Shown here in pieces: positions 52,038-61,097 of a stretch of 64,000 nt of DNA. A program made the translations under genes and the position numbers. A model generated the notes under the pieces. The model was given only the letters and a program-made list of their open reading frames with translations. It was not told where the DNA came from and ran no database searches. Source of the stretch: a virus; the IMG/VR virus record IMGVR_UViG_3300013136_000003, positions 23,382 to 87,381 of that record. The stretch is one strand, 5' to 3'. How positions within the stretch are numbered: position 1 is the stretch's first letter; each line of letters starts with the position of its first letter.

Positions 52038-54074
52038 CCGAACTTTGGCAGAAAAAATATTTCGCTGAGATTTTTTCCTTTCGCCAGCTTTAGTTAATTT
52101 TACAGCATCAATCAACAAATACTGAAACTATGAGAAAGATCGTTATCTTAAGGTTCGGCCCGCCCATTCCGATTCCGGAAATAAACGCGGCCCTGCGTCC
52201 TCACTTCGCTAACGACCAGTCCGCGAAAGCGTTCCCAGTACCAGGTGGAGTCATGTCGGTCTTCAACACCGATTCAACCCCCGAGCAGATCGCCGAGTCG
52301 ATCAAGGCACTCAGCTTGGACATTCCGTTCTTCGTGTTCCCTTACGATAGTAAGGCCAGCTCCCTACCTCAGCCTCTTGAGGACGCCATCAACAGCGAAT
52401 CGGTACCGTCAAACGGTGCTCAGCCAACTACTCAGACACTCACAGTGGACGAGATTCTGGAGAAGATATCCGATCACGGAATCGAATCGCTCACCGAGGA
52501 CGAACGTGCAACTCTTAACGCTACCAGGTCGGAGGGTTAATCCCTCCGGCCCTAGGCCGAAATACCGAAGACCATGACAAAGCAAGAGAAGGCAAGAAAA
52601 TCTTTTGATTATGCCTGCAAGCAGGCCAGCAAGTGCCGTCACGAGAAGTACCACGTGTCCTGTCACAGCTGCCCTGAGGAAGAGAAGTGCGACATACAGC
52701 AGAGGATCAACAAAGCTCGTGAGGGCATGCACAGCTAGTACTCCCTAGTACCGACTATTTTTTCCTTTCAACAATTAGTATTATATTAGCAACAAATTCA
52801 ATAACATGGCAACAGTAATCGTACCCTTCAGGTTGGGTACCAAGTTTAATTCGCACAAGGTCCACAACCCGGAATGCGACATCATCGAAGGTCACATCGA
52901 CGAGGACACCACACTAATTTACGGAATCTACGTCAAGGGACCGAAAAAGGGTCAGGAATTCTGCGAGTACTACAGCGGCGAAAACTACTGCGTCCGCTCA
53001 AAGAAAAAGAGCTATTCCCGCGCGTGGAGCCCGGTCAACATACCGGTTAAGTACTTCACCCTGTGGCAGTTACTCCGTAGCACGTACGAAACATTACCTA
53101 AATAAATCGCATGAAAGAGATCGTGAGAATCTACGTCAAAGACCCGAAGACCGGGCGAGAGAGAGGAGAGATGGATCCTGAAAAGATCGTCGCTGCTCTT
53201 TCCAAACCAACAGAAGACATTGAGCTTGACTACGACGACGGCTCCGGACGGAACGTGAGGATGGGAACGAGCATGGAACTTGTCGGAGAGAAGGTCAAAG
53301 TCGGAGACATGGAGATCGAGATCCCAGCCCACTAAGTACTCCCTAGTAAACAGACAATGATATGCACACTCTAGCTGAGATTAAGACCGAGGAGGTCAAA
53401 AAGAAGATCGTCGAACGGTGCGGGCCGGAACCTGACAAGCAGGGTCTGGTCTGCCCGTACTGCGGAGCCCACGAGGTTTACGCGGACAGGAAGGAACCGA
53501 ACAATGTCGACAAATGGTTCTGGATGATACGTGCGTTCAGAGTCGACAATTCATCAGAATGCAATAACTGCGGAAGATGGTTCGACCTGTAACAAAGGAC
53601 TCCCTAGTACAGGAGATAGCTAGCCTGAAAGAAAGGTTAGCGACCATCGACGAACGGTGGAAGGGTGCTGTAGTTACCAGCATCTGGGCAGGAAGCACGT
53701 ACAACCATGCTAGGTACTTTCGCGGATTGGAAAGGCAGTCGCTTTATTCCAAGCTGAAAAGACGAGAGCAGAAACTAAGAAAAATACTGAGAGATGAAAG
53801 ACAACCAATTGTACGAGAGAACTGATCCAAGGTTCAAGCACCTCATAGGAAAGAAGGTCAAGTTCGTTTACAAGGGCGAGGTGTGCATCGGCACGCTAGA
53901 CTTCGCAGGAATAAACGACATGCTGCACAGCCAGTTCCAAGTTACCGCTAGCAGGACCCCTCACTGGCCGGTTGACCCAAGTACGATAGAGGAATACGTG
54001 GACGACAGAGTCCGTGTGGGAAAATAAAACTACACGGATTTTTTCGTTTCGTGCAAATGTGGTATATTAGCTTT

Positions 54075-54145
54075 GTTAACTTGCTAAAAGCAAGCTCCAA
54101 CGGGCCGAGCCACATAGGACTTGGGAGAGTATACTCCGTCTTGCT
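54075..54145 (+). ncRNA. Small RNA family copy 3
   Basis: Behind early promoter; GTTAACTTGCTAAAAGCAAGCTCCAACGGG...GGGAGAGTATACTCCGT then T-run. Confidence 0.6.
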
Positions 54146-54341
54146 TTTATTTTTATGTAGCAGTCTTCAGCCGCAAAAGTTTAGTTTGCAGCAGAGGTGC
54201 CGCTGATGTTAGTCTGTAGTACAATATTAGTAACGACAGCGACTCACAAAAATACGCAAATATTTTAGTCCGAGATTTTTTCCTGTCAGTCTTTAGTGTT
54301 ACTTTTACTACATCAAATTCAACTAACACAAACTTCAACGT

Positions 54342-55502
54342 ATGCAGCAGAACGAAATTTCAAGAATGGGGAGAAAGGAAATCCTCGTCCGGCAGTTCTT
54401 CACTGAACACCACGGCGGCGCAATTCCGATCGACCGCACGGTTCAACAGCTCTACTCCCAGTTCATGGCCAACACCGAGAACGCGGACGTCAGTTACGGG
54501 CTGTTCAACGGGGTCGTCAAGAAGTTACGCCGCGGGTTCAATGCAATAGCTCCAACAGGTAGGAACCAAACTCCCCTAGGTGAAGGTATCGTCGAATCGG
54601 ACGAACAGGACGTGGTCGAACCAGCCAACGTAATCGAGATCGGAAGCATGGCATTCCCAAACTTCCAACTCTACCCGACCGGAGGACTGATCGACAAGTT
54701 ACTGTCCGATCACACCGAGGATGGCGGACTCTACTCTGGAACTGCGAACATCGTCGTCGGAGAGTCCGGCGTCGGTAAGTCGACAGTGATGCTTCAGATT
54801 CTCGCTAAGATCAAGAGAGAGAAACCTGACGCTAAGATTCTCTACATCTCTTCCGAGATGACTCGCAATGACCTGTTTTTCTTCTACGCTAAGATGCCGA
54901 TCATCGGCACCGTTCCTACCCTGCTCCTCATGGACTACATCATGGGTCGGTTCGACATCGTGCTGAAAAACACCATCAACAGCAATGAGTACGACATCAT
55001 CCTCCTCGATTCTTACCAGGACACCATCGTGAAGATGGCAGACGTCCTTGGTTGGAAGGCAACCCGTGCAGCAACGTGGCTGACCAACATGCTCATCGAA
55101 GCTGCCGATAAGAACGGCAAAGCGATCTTCGCTATTCAGCACCTTACCAAAGGCGGACAGTACGTCGGCTCTACTTACCTCAAGCACGCTACAACAGCGA
55201 TGATGGAGATGAGGTTCGACGAAGCTGGCCGCAGGTACGTGGAATTCTCAAAGAACCGCCGCGGCGGGTCTCACATCAACAAGAGACTGTACTACTCCCT
55301 AGTAGACGGTGAACTCGTCTGGGACGAGGAAGCATGGAACCAGGAAGTCGAAGCAGCCGCGCTCGCAAACGGAGAGAGCTCCCGTCGTTCTGAGCTCGAA
55401 CACAAGTTCAACGATCTGTTCCTGTCGGTCGGTAAGAAAGGAACGGACGGAGAGGCAGAAGAAGTGACGGTGGAGGAAACCGGCGAAGACCAAGAAAATT
55501 AG
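54342..55502 (+). CDS. RadA/Sms-like (RecA-fold) ATPase
   Basis: GESGVGKST, LYISSEM, IILLDSYQ, H.TKGG.YVGST.LKH, KNRRG. Confidence 0.85.
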   Translation: MQQNEISRMGRKEILVRQFFTEHHGGAIPIDRTVQQLYSQFMANTENADVSYGLFNGVVKKLRRGFNAIAPTGRNQTPLGEGIVESDEQDVVEPANVIEIGSMAFPNFQLYPTGGLIDKLLSDHTEDGGLYSGTANIVVGESGVGKSTVMLQILAKIKREKPDAKILYISSEMTRNDLFFFYAKMPIIGTVPTLLLMDYIMGRFDIVLKNTINSNEYDIILLDSYQDTIVKMADVLGWKATRAATWLTNMLIEAADKNGKAIFAIQHLTKGGQYVGSTYLKHATTAMMEMRFDEAGRRYVEFSKNRRGGSHINKRLYYSLVDGELVWDEEAWNQEVEAAALANGESSRRSELEHKFNDLFLSVGKKGTDGEAEEVTVEETGEDQEN

Positions 55503-55529
55503 TAATCAACCAACTTAAAAATTAAGCGC

Positions 55530-56357
55530 ATGATCGGAAACGACGAATTCACAAACATCGTGGTTGCCGAAAGGTACAACCGCTTGACCAACGAGACCCT
55601 CTTCCAGACGACCGAGATGCTCATCAACGAGATACCGGACCTGTCGGTTGAGTCGGTCGACCGCCTCGGAGACGGGAACGTCAGCATCAACCTCGTCCAC
55701 ACCAAGGACGCAGGGTTCGAAAGGCTCTGACCTGACGAGGTCTTCCGCTTCGGAATCTCCCTAGTAAACACGCCTCACACTTCTGAGATCAAGGACTTCA
55801 TGTACCGTCTGGCTTGTTCCAACGGTATGATCAGCCGGACTCCGGTCGATGACGGCCAGAAGTTCAAAGGACCTGGCGGCGGTGGACTCGCAGGGCCAGA
55901 CGCTTTCCGCGACATCATCAACCAGGCCCACATCTGGTCCAACAACGGTTTCATCCCTACCTCGTTTGAGGATAAGCTCGGAAGAGCGATGGACACGCAA
56001 GCCAGCCTTGCCGAACTCAGCAGAGTGTGGAACCTCGTTCAGAGTCAGATCCGCGAGGAAGACCCTGACAGGAAGTTAAAGATCGTGCAGTCCGCAAAGC
56101 TCCAGCTGTTCCCTCACCTTGAGGAGACCGAGCGCAGGCTGATCAAGAAAGGGTTCGACCCGAAAGCTCTCATCCCTGACGAGATGAAGTTCATCCGCAC
56201 CGGCCACACGATCTGGGACCTGGTGAACGACCTTACCTGGCTCGGTTCCCACAATTCGATCTTTGACCTTTCTAACCCGAAATCTTTCAAGGTCGACGGC
56301 TGAAACCTCTTCACGAAGAACTGGGACCTCCAGCACGCAAGACTGGCAACAGTTTAA
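55530..56357 (+). pseudogene. DUF932-like gene with two in-frame TGA codons (55728, 56301)
   Basis: One continuous frame ...GFERL*PDEV...YRLACSNGM...TIWDLVN.LT...VDG*NLF...TV-TAA. Confidence 0.6.
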
Positions 56358-56467
56358 GCATACGTTGAATCACAGGGTGGGACGCTGCAGTCCCACCCTT
56401 ACTTTAGTTAGGGCAGACTTTACTCCCTAGTACAGCAGGATAAATAATCAAAACAATCTAACTTAAC

Positions 56468-57286
56468 ATGGCGGAAACTAAGCACGTAAAATTATTCGAA
56501 CAGCTGGACCAGGAAGGAGCTTTGAATTCGGAGGAACCGAAGAAGGAGTTGAGACCTGGCCAGAAAGCAGCAGCAAGCAGAGGGGACGACATCCTAACGG
56601 ACGAGCAGTACGCAGCTTGCTACCTAAACGCAATAAGATCGCTCGGAAGGGCTGAAGATACGAGAGGAAGGGGAGATACAGCTCTCACAAGGAACGCGAT
56701 GAAGATGACTCAGGAAACGAGCGATGACTGGCAGAACGTGTCAAGCGCCAAGCTGTCAGCTTACCTGAACCTTAAGCCGCAGACGGTCGAAAGGACCGTG
56801 TCAAAGTTCAAGCTTCTGCTACAGGGCCAGAGAGAAGGCACAGAATCCAACATCATCTGGCCGGAACTCGCCAACCTGTTCGACCGGTTCGAATCCATGC
56901 CAAGGGCGGAAGTACTTTCCATGGCTGAGGAATCCATAACGAGCGAGCCGGACATGACCGCTTACCAAGAGTATCTGGATAAGATGAACGCTCAGTCGAA
57001 GAAGAGCAGGGATAAGCAGAAAGATACCGACGCAAAAGTAAGGCGCGAGATCAGGTCAGTCTTTCTTGGAATGATAAAGAAGTTTGGTGGAGATACCGAG
57101 AAAGCTGCGAGCATAACCAAGAAAGCTCTTGCTAAAGCTTTCAACACGGACCCGTCGGACATAGTAAACCTAGCCAAGCTGGAATTCAAGAACGAGGAGA
57201 GCCTCAGGAAAGCTTGGGTAGCTAGGCGGTTCGACAAGCCAGAACCCGTAGTAGTCGGCAAGGGACAGGAGCAGGAGACAGAGTAG
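56468..57286 (+). CDS. Tagged virion-type protein
   Basis: GGATAAATAA upstream; KHVKLFEQL. Confidence 0.7.
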   Translation: MAETKHVKLFEQLDQEGALNSEEPKKELRPGQKAAASRGDDILTDEQYAACYLNAIRSLGRAEDTRGRGDTALTRNAMKMTQETSDDWQNVSSAKLSAYLNLKPQTVERTVSKFKLLLQGQREGTESNIIWPELANLFDRFESMPRAEVLSMAEESITSEPDMTAYQEYLDKMNAQSKKSRDKQKDTDAKVRREIRSVFLGMIKKFGGDTEKAASITKKALAKAFNTDPSDIVNLAKLEFKNEESLRKAWVARRFDKPEPVVVGKGQEQETE

Positions 57287-57476
57287 TCTACTCCCTAGTA
57301 CGGTAAGATTAACCTTCCGCGCCCGCGCGTCATGATAACGCGCGGGCGCGGTTGTTTTTACTGAGAGCCCATGCCCTCCCGGCATGGGTATTTTTTGTGA
57401 CTCCAGGCTCGAGGGGTTTTCGGGACCAGCCACAAAGGCTGTTTTCGGTTTGGATAAATAACAAAAACGTTTCTCA

Positions 57477-57791
57477 ATGACCATAAGCAAGGCCATCATC
57501 ACAGACTTTGGGATAGACCTAGCTCACCACGTTACTTTCAACATAGAAGTATACAGAGGTTCCAACCAGCTGGGTTTCAAGCTAAAGGGTTACCCGACCG
57601 CGACCCAGTACAATGACGGCAAGAATTCCATAAAGAACGAGGATTACTTATTCGACTTCTCGGTCCTGCCAGCTTCCGTTCTGACCAAGATAACGGAGCT
57701 GAAAGATACCATAGAGCAAGAAATGATAAACAACCTGCCTGAGTGGGCAGGTGGAACGAGAGTGAACGATGACGGAACGCCAATAGTATAA
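57477..57791 (+). CDS. Late hypothetical protein
   Basis: GGATAAATAA upstream. Confidence 0.7.
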   Translation: MTISKAIITDFGIDLAHHVTFNIEVYRGSNQLGFKLKGYPTATQYNDGKNSIKNEDYLFDFSVLPASVLTKITELKDTIEQEMINNLPEWAGGTRVNDDGTPIV

Positions 57792-58186
57792 TGCAGGAAA
57801 TGGAAAGTAAAGCACCAGCGATAAGGAAAGAGCAGGTCCAGGACCCAGAACTCAGAGAGTTCCTAGCTTACGCAAGGGAGATCATCAAGTACTCCAAGCC
57901 AGCTAAGATCAGGGTCTTTGATGACCACGGTCTCTCGAAGCAGATGAAGTCCATGGGAGCTTTCTTCCCGAATACCGAAGAGATCTGGATCCTACGCGGC
58001 AGGCGCGTGAGAGCAGATTGGTACCGGACCCTAGCCCACGAGCTGGTCCACCACGGTCAGAGAGAAAAGAACATTGATCTTGACGGAACCGACGGGTCCA
58101 AACACGAGAACGAAGCTAACAGCTTAGCCGCCGTTATCCTACGCGAGTGGGGCAGGCGTCACCCAGAAATATACGATCCAGCATGA
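57791..58186 (+). CDS. HExxH zinc metallopeptidase-like protein
   Basis: RTLAHELVHH.Q...ENEAN..A. Confidence 0.8.
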   Translation: MQEMESKAPAIRKEQVQDPELREFLAYAREIIKYSKPAKIRVFDDHGLSKQMKSMGAFFPNTEEIWILRGRRVRADWYRTLAHELVHHGQREKNIDLDGTDGSKHENEANSLAAVILREWGRRHPEIYDPA

Positions 58187-58809
58187 GCAAACTAGTCTAT
58201 AACTTCAAGGAATTCCTAGCCGAGGCGGTCAAGTTCGACGTTCACGGTTTCAACAAGAACGTCAGGGATCCTGAGTACAAGGAGCTGAGGAACATGGGCG
58301 TCCTGAACACGGTCGAGCCGGCTCACCACAAATACCTACACTACCTAAAGATGGAGGTAGACGACGCTAAGCGGTTGATGGACGACATGAACTACGATTC
58401 AGCGATCATGGCTCTAGAGGAAGCTGAGTCCATGCTCAAGATGCTGAAGAAAGCGGTGGAAGACGCGTTCATTGCCAACCAGGAAGAGAACCAACCGCCG
58501 GACGAGGAGGAAGAACAGGTTACCGAGGAGGAGGAAGCTAGCATGAAGGAGTACTGGGACTTAGTAAAAGCAGGCGTGCTGCCAGAACCTGACTTCGAGG
58601 ACTTCAAGAGCTTGCCTTCCCATGCCAAGTGGGTCAAGTGGATCCAAGACGACGGCAACTTCATGATGAGCTTCCTGAAGGACGGTAACTTTAAGATGGT
58701 AAAGCACTACGTCAACGAGATTGAGTGGTTGCTGGGCAAGCTAAGGAGCTCTGCAGAGCAGGCAGCCGCAGAGCAGGAAGCCGAGGCTGGCCGGAAGGGT
58801 ACTCCGTAG
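58183..58809 (+). CDS. Tagged virion-type protein with internal duplication
   Basis: MSKLVYNFKEFLAE; EYKELRNMGVL / EYWDLVKAGVL repeats. Confidence 0.7.
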   Translation: MSKLVYNFKEFLAEAVKFDVHGFNKNVRDPEYKELRNMGVLNTVEPAHHKYLHYLKMEVDDAKRLMDDMNYDSAIMALEEAESMLKMLKKAVEDAFIANQEENQPPDEEEEQVTEEEEASMKEYWDLVKAGVLPEPDFEDFKSLPSHAKWVKWIQDDGNFMMSFLKDGNFKMVKHYVNEIEWLLGKLRSSAEQAAAEQEAEAGRKGTP

Positions 58810-58841
58810 TAAGGCTACTAGCTAAAAGATAGAACAAGACC

Positions 58842-59249
58842 ATGAAGTTAAAGCACGTTCTCCTTTTCGAGAGTTTCCAGGAGCTGAGCAAGTCAGAATT
58901 GCAAGAGCTAGAGGCGGCCGGCATCCTGCCGTCATGGTTCTCTGACGTTGAATCCCTGGTTGAGGACAACCCCAGCTTGGAAGTGGACGAGGAGAACGGT
59001 ACGATAAGGGATTCTGACCAGGATTTCGTCCTGGACTTCAGGAACAGGACCTTCACAGACGAGGAGGAGGGCGAGACCAAGAGCTTCGACGATCCGGACC
59101 TTCTTCCTTTCTTCACGGTACCCAATGGCAAGTCCGACCTCTCGCCCAAGCAGCTGGATCCCATCCTAAACTACGCGGCAGACCGGGTGGAGACCCACAG
59201 GAGGATGAGGGAACTTTTCAGCCAATCTGAGGATCCTGATTGGCGGTAA
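58842..59249 (+). CDS. Tagged acidic virion-type protein
   Basis: MKLKHVLLFESFQE. Confidence 0.7.
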   Translation: MKLKHVLLFESFQELSKSELQELEAAGILPSWFSDVESLVEDNPSLEVDEENGTIRDSDQDFVLDFRNRTFTDEEEGETKSFDDPDLLPFFTVPNGKSDLSPKQLDPILNYAADRVETHRRMRELFSQSEDPDWR

Positions 59250-59397
59250 CTAGCAGGGGTGGGACTCCCTAGTACGGGTACCGGGCCGGCTAACCGGCCA
59301 GATTTCTAAGTTCTACCTGCACTCCGTAGTACAGCTACCCAAAAAGCCTGCAGGGGCCGGGAAAAAGATACCTGCAATCTCTCTAACTAATTGATTA

Positions 59398-60084
59398 TCA
59401 ATTTATTTCTCCGAGAGCCCTCTTGGCCTCGTATATGAGTTCGGTCAGGTCCTGCTTGATCTCCTCGCGGTACTCTTCCCTAAGCAGGACAGGCGATGCA
59501 ACGTGGACTTCCACGCCGTGCCATTTCAGGAACCGGTTGAACAGGTGGCCCATGCCCCAGCGAGCTATCCGATCCTCGGTCTCGACGACCAGCAGAGATA
59601 CTTGCTTCCTCATGACCAGCTCTATCAGCTTGTCGTGTCCTTCCAGGGCCTTCCGGCCGTTCACAGGCCCGACCTCACTGATGACTTCATCCACCCGTAT
59701 TCCGGCCCGCACGCAGTACTCCTGCATCCTGTCCACCTGCCTGGCCAAGCGGGCAGGTGCGGATTCGCCCGGCTCGCCTCTACTCCCTAGTACCGCTACC
59801 CTGCAGTAGAGGACCACACGCTTAGTCTGCTTCAGTTTACTCCCTAGTACAGCTACAACGTTCGCTTCAGTGTACATGACCCGGCCGTTAGCTTGGTTCT
59901 TTATAGGTAGTAGGAGACCCCGTTTCTCGTACCGGAGTATCGTAGCTTTCTGAACGCTAAGGAACTTCATGGCGTCCTTTCTGTAGACCATGCGGCCCAA
60001 GGATCCCATGTCTCGCACGTTCTCGAGAGAGTAATAGTTTACAGTGGGCTGGCTGGTGGTCGTTGTGGTAACTTGTTCTTCCAT
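59398..60084 (-). CDS. MerR-HTH + serine resolvase (IS607 TnpA-like), catalytic Ser apparently replaced
   Basis: A.KFL.V...TILRYEKRGLL...GR..Y HTH; VLYCRVA (normally YxRVS), L.RQV, DEVISEVG, LVVE..DRIARWG; no tnpB nearby. Confidence 0.85.
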   Translation of the reverse strand: MEEQVTTTTTSQPTVNYYSLENVRDMGSLGRMVYRKDAMKFLSVQKATILRYEKRGLLLPIKNQANGRVMYTEANVVAVLGSKLKQTKRVVLYCRVAVLGSRGEPGESAPARLARQVDRMQEYCVRAGIRVDEVISEVGPVNGRKALEGHDKLIELVMRKQVSLLVVETEDRIARWGMGHLFNRFLKWHGVEVHVASPVLLREEYREEIKQDLTELIYEAKRALGEIN

Positions 60085-60719
60085 AACCCTATTTATCCCA
60101 GAACTAGGTATCTTCTCGCACGGTTCTGATACCGCGGGCTGCTTAAAGCTCGGCAGCTACCCCTAGGGCCACGGTCTCTCGCGAATCGTTTGTTCGGGCA
60201 CGCAGAGGGAACCCCCACCACCCGCCCGTATTGGGGTGCCCCTTTGGTACCCGCTGGCTGGGATGAATTTCGGCTGGAGCTAGGTACTTTTTGGGCTAGG
60301 ACTCCCTAGACTCGCTACATCGGGTCACTGGCTTGCCCTAGTAAGGGAACCTGGGGTGCGGGAACTTGGTACTTTTTTAATATCAGCTAGGTACCTTTTA
60401 CGTTCATTCCCTGTCCGTGACCTGCTTGATCTGGTTTCCAAGTGACGTGAGAACTTCGTACTTTGCCGTGCTGTTTCTGGTTGGGTTTTTTTCTTTTTCT
60501 GATAATGATGTTGGTGGGGCCGCCTCTCCGATTTTACTCAACTTCGGGCTCGGAAACGTGGAAGCTATGACGAATTCGGTGCTGTAGCGTTTCACCGTTC
60601 CTTTGGCCTAACTTACTTCTTCCAGCTGAAAAAGAGCAACGGTCTTCATGCGATTATTTTTTTTTTGGTTCGACCTTTATCTGCCTGACCTAGAATAAAT
60701 AAATAGAAATAGAAAAACT

Positions 60720-61097
60720 GTGTCAGAGACCAAGGTTTGGCTTGTTTGGAACAGGGACTCGTTCGTTTGGAACAAGGTCCTTCTTACTTGGAAGGATTCG
60801 TACGTCATCGACGAGGTTCTCAAGTACAAGGGCGGAGCGCCCTTCCTTCTTGATGAGGACCAGCCCTGGAAGAGCTTGGAACAGGATCTTGAGGAAGCTA
60901 ACGTTCCTAGCGAAACCGTTGAGAAGCTCTTGGAAGTTGTGGTCAGAGTGAACGGCTTGGACAAGAAAGTGTCCAGAGTTTCAGAAGCTAAGAACCCAAC
61001 GGTCACGGTCGATCACGTTAGAAAAGTTCTTCTTGGGTCAGGCCGAGAAGTAAAGGTGGTCGCTGACCTAGCTAAAATAACCGAATCAGAAAGATGA
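60720..61097 (+). CDS. Late hypothetical protein
   Basis: AATAAATAAATAG upstream; Trp-repeat N-terminus. Confidence 0.65.
   Translation: MSETKVWLVWNRDSFVWNKVLLTWKDSYVIDEVLKYKGGAPFLLDEDQPWKSLEQDLEEANVPSETVEKLLEVVVRVNGLDKKVSRVSEAKNPTVTVDHVRKVLLGSGREVKVVADLAKITESER

Larger units (their letters stand above)
33038..54310. promoter_or_regulatory. ~29 copies of early promoter motif ATTTTTTCC-T-K-TC-N12-TAnWTTWRC
   Basis: Minus strand near 33070, 33445, 33883; plus strand near 34496, 35011, 36549, 38262, 38897, 40137, 40949, 41100, 41834, 42825, 42895, 44122, 44564, 45726, 46172, 46998, 47766, 48321, 48787, 49338, 50114, 51933, 52069, 52757, 54038, 54273; fixed 12-nt spacer; nearly always just upstream of an ORF or small RNA. 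Confidence 0.9.
41798..60345 (+). repeat. Dispersed, strand-polarised TACTCC(C/G)TAGTA boxes (~15 copies)
   Basis: 41798, 42805, 43269, 52739, 53337, 53599, 55293, 55757, 56421, 57289, 58800, 59264, 59321, 59781, 59838; partial 60301, 60336. Confidence 0.85.
2453..60705. promoter_or_regulatory. T4-like late promoter motif ATAAATA before virion-type genes
   Basis: Plus strand near 2453, 7708, 10963, 16239, 17781, 18409, 26278, 27900, 42202, 51219, 56439, 57454, 60695; minus strand near 7645, 23563, 26247, 27882, 31062, 60091. Confidence 0.8.

Noticed and set aside
33038-54310. Early motif as a CRISPR repeat or integron attC array
   Set aside because: Bipartite with a variable 12-nt spacer, non-palindromic, at a consistent position before start codons; fits a promoter better
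59398-60084. Active IS607 element
   Set aside because: No tnpB, catalytic Ser missing, and expression tied to a phage late promoter
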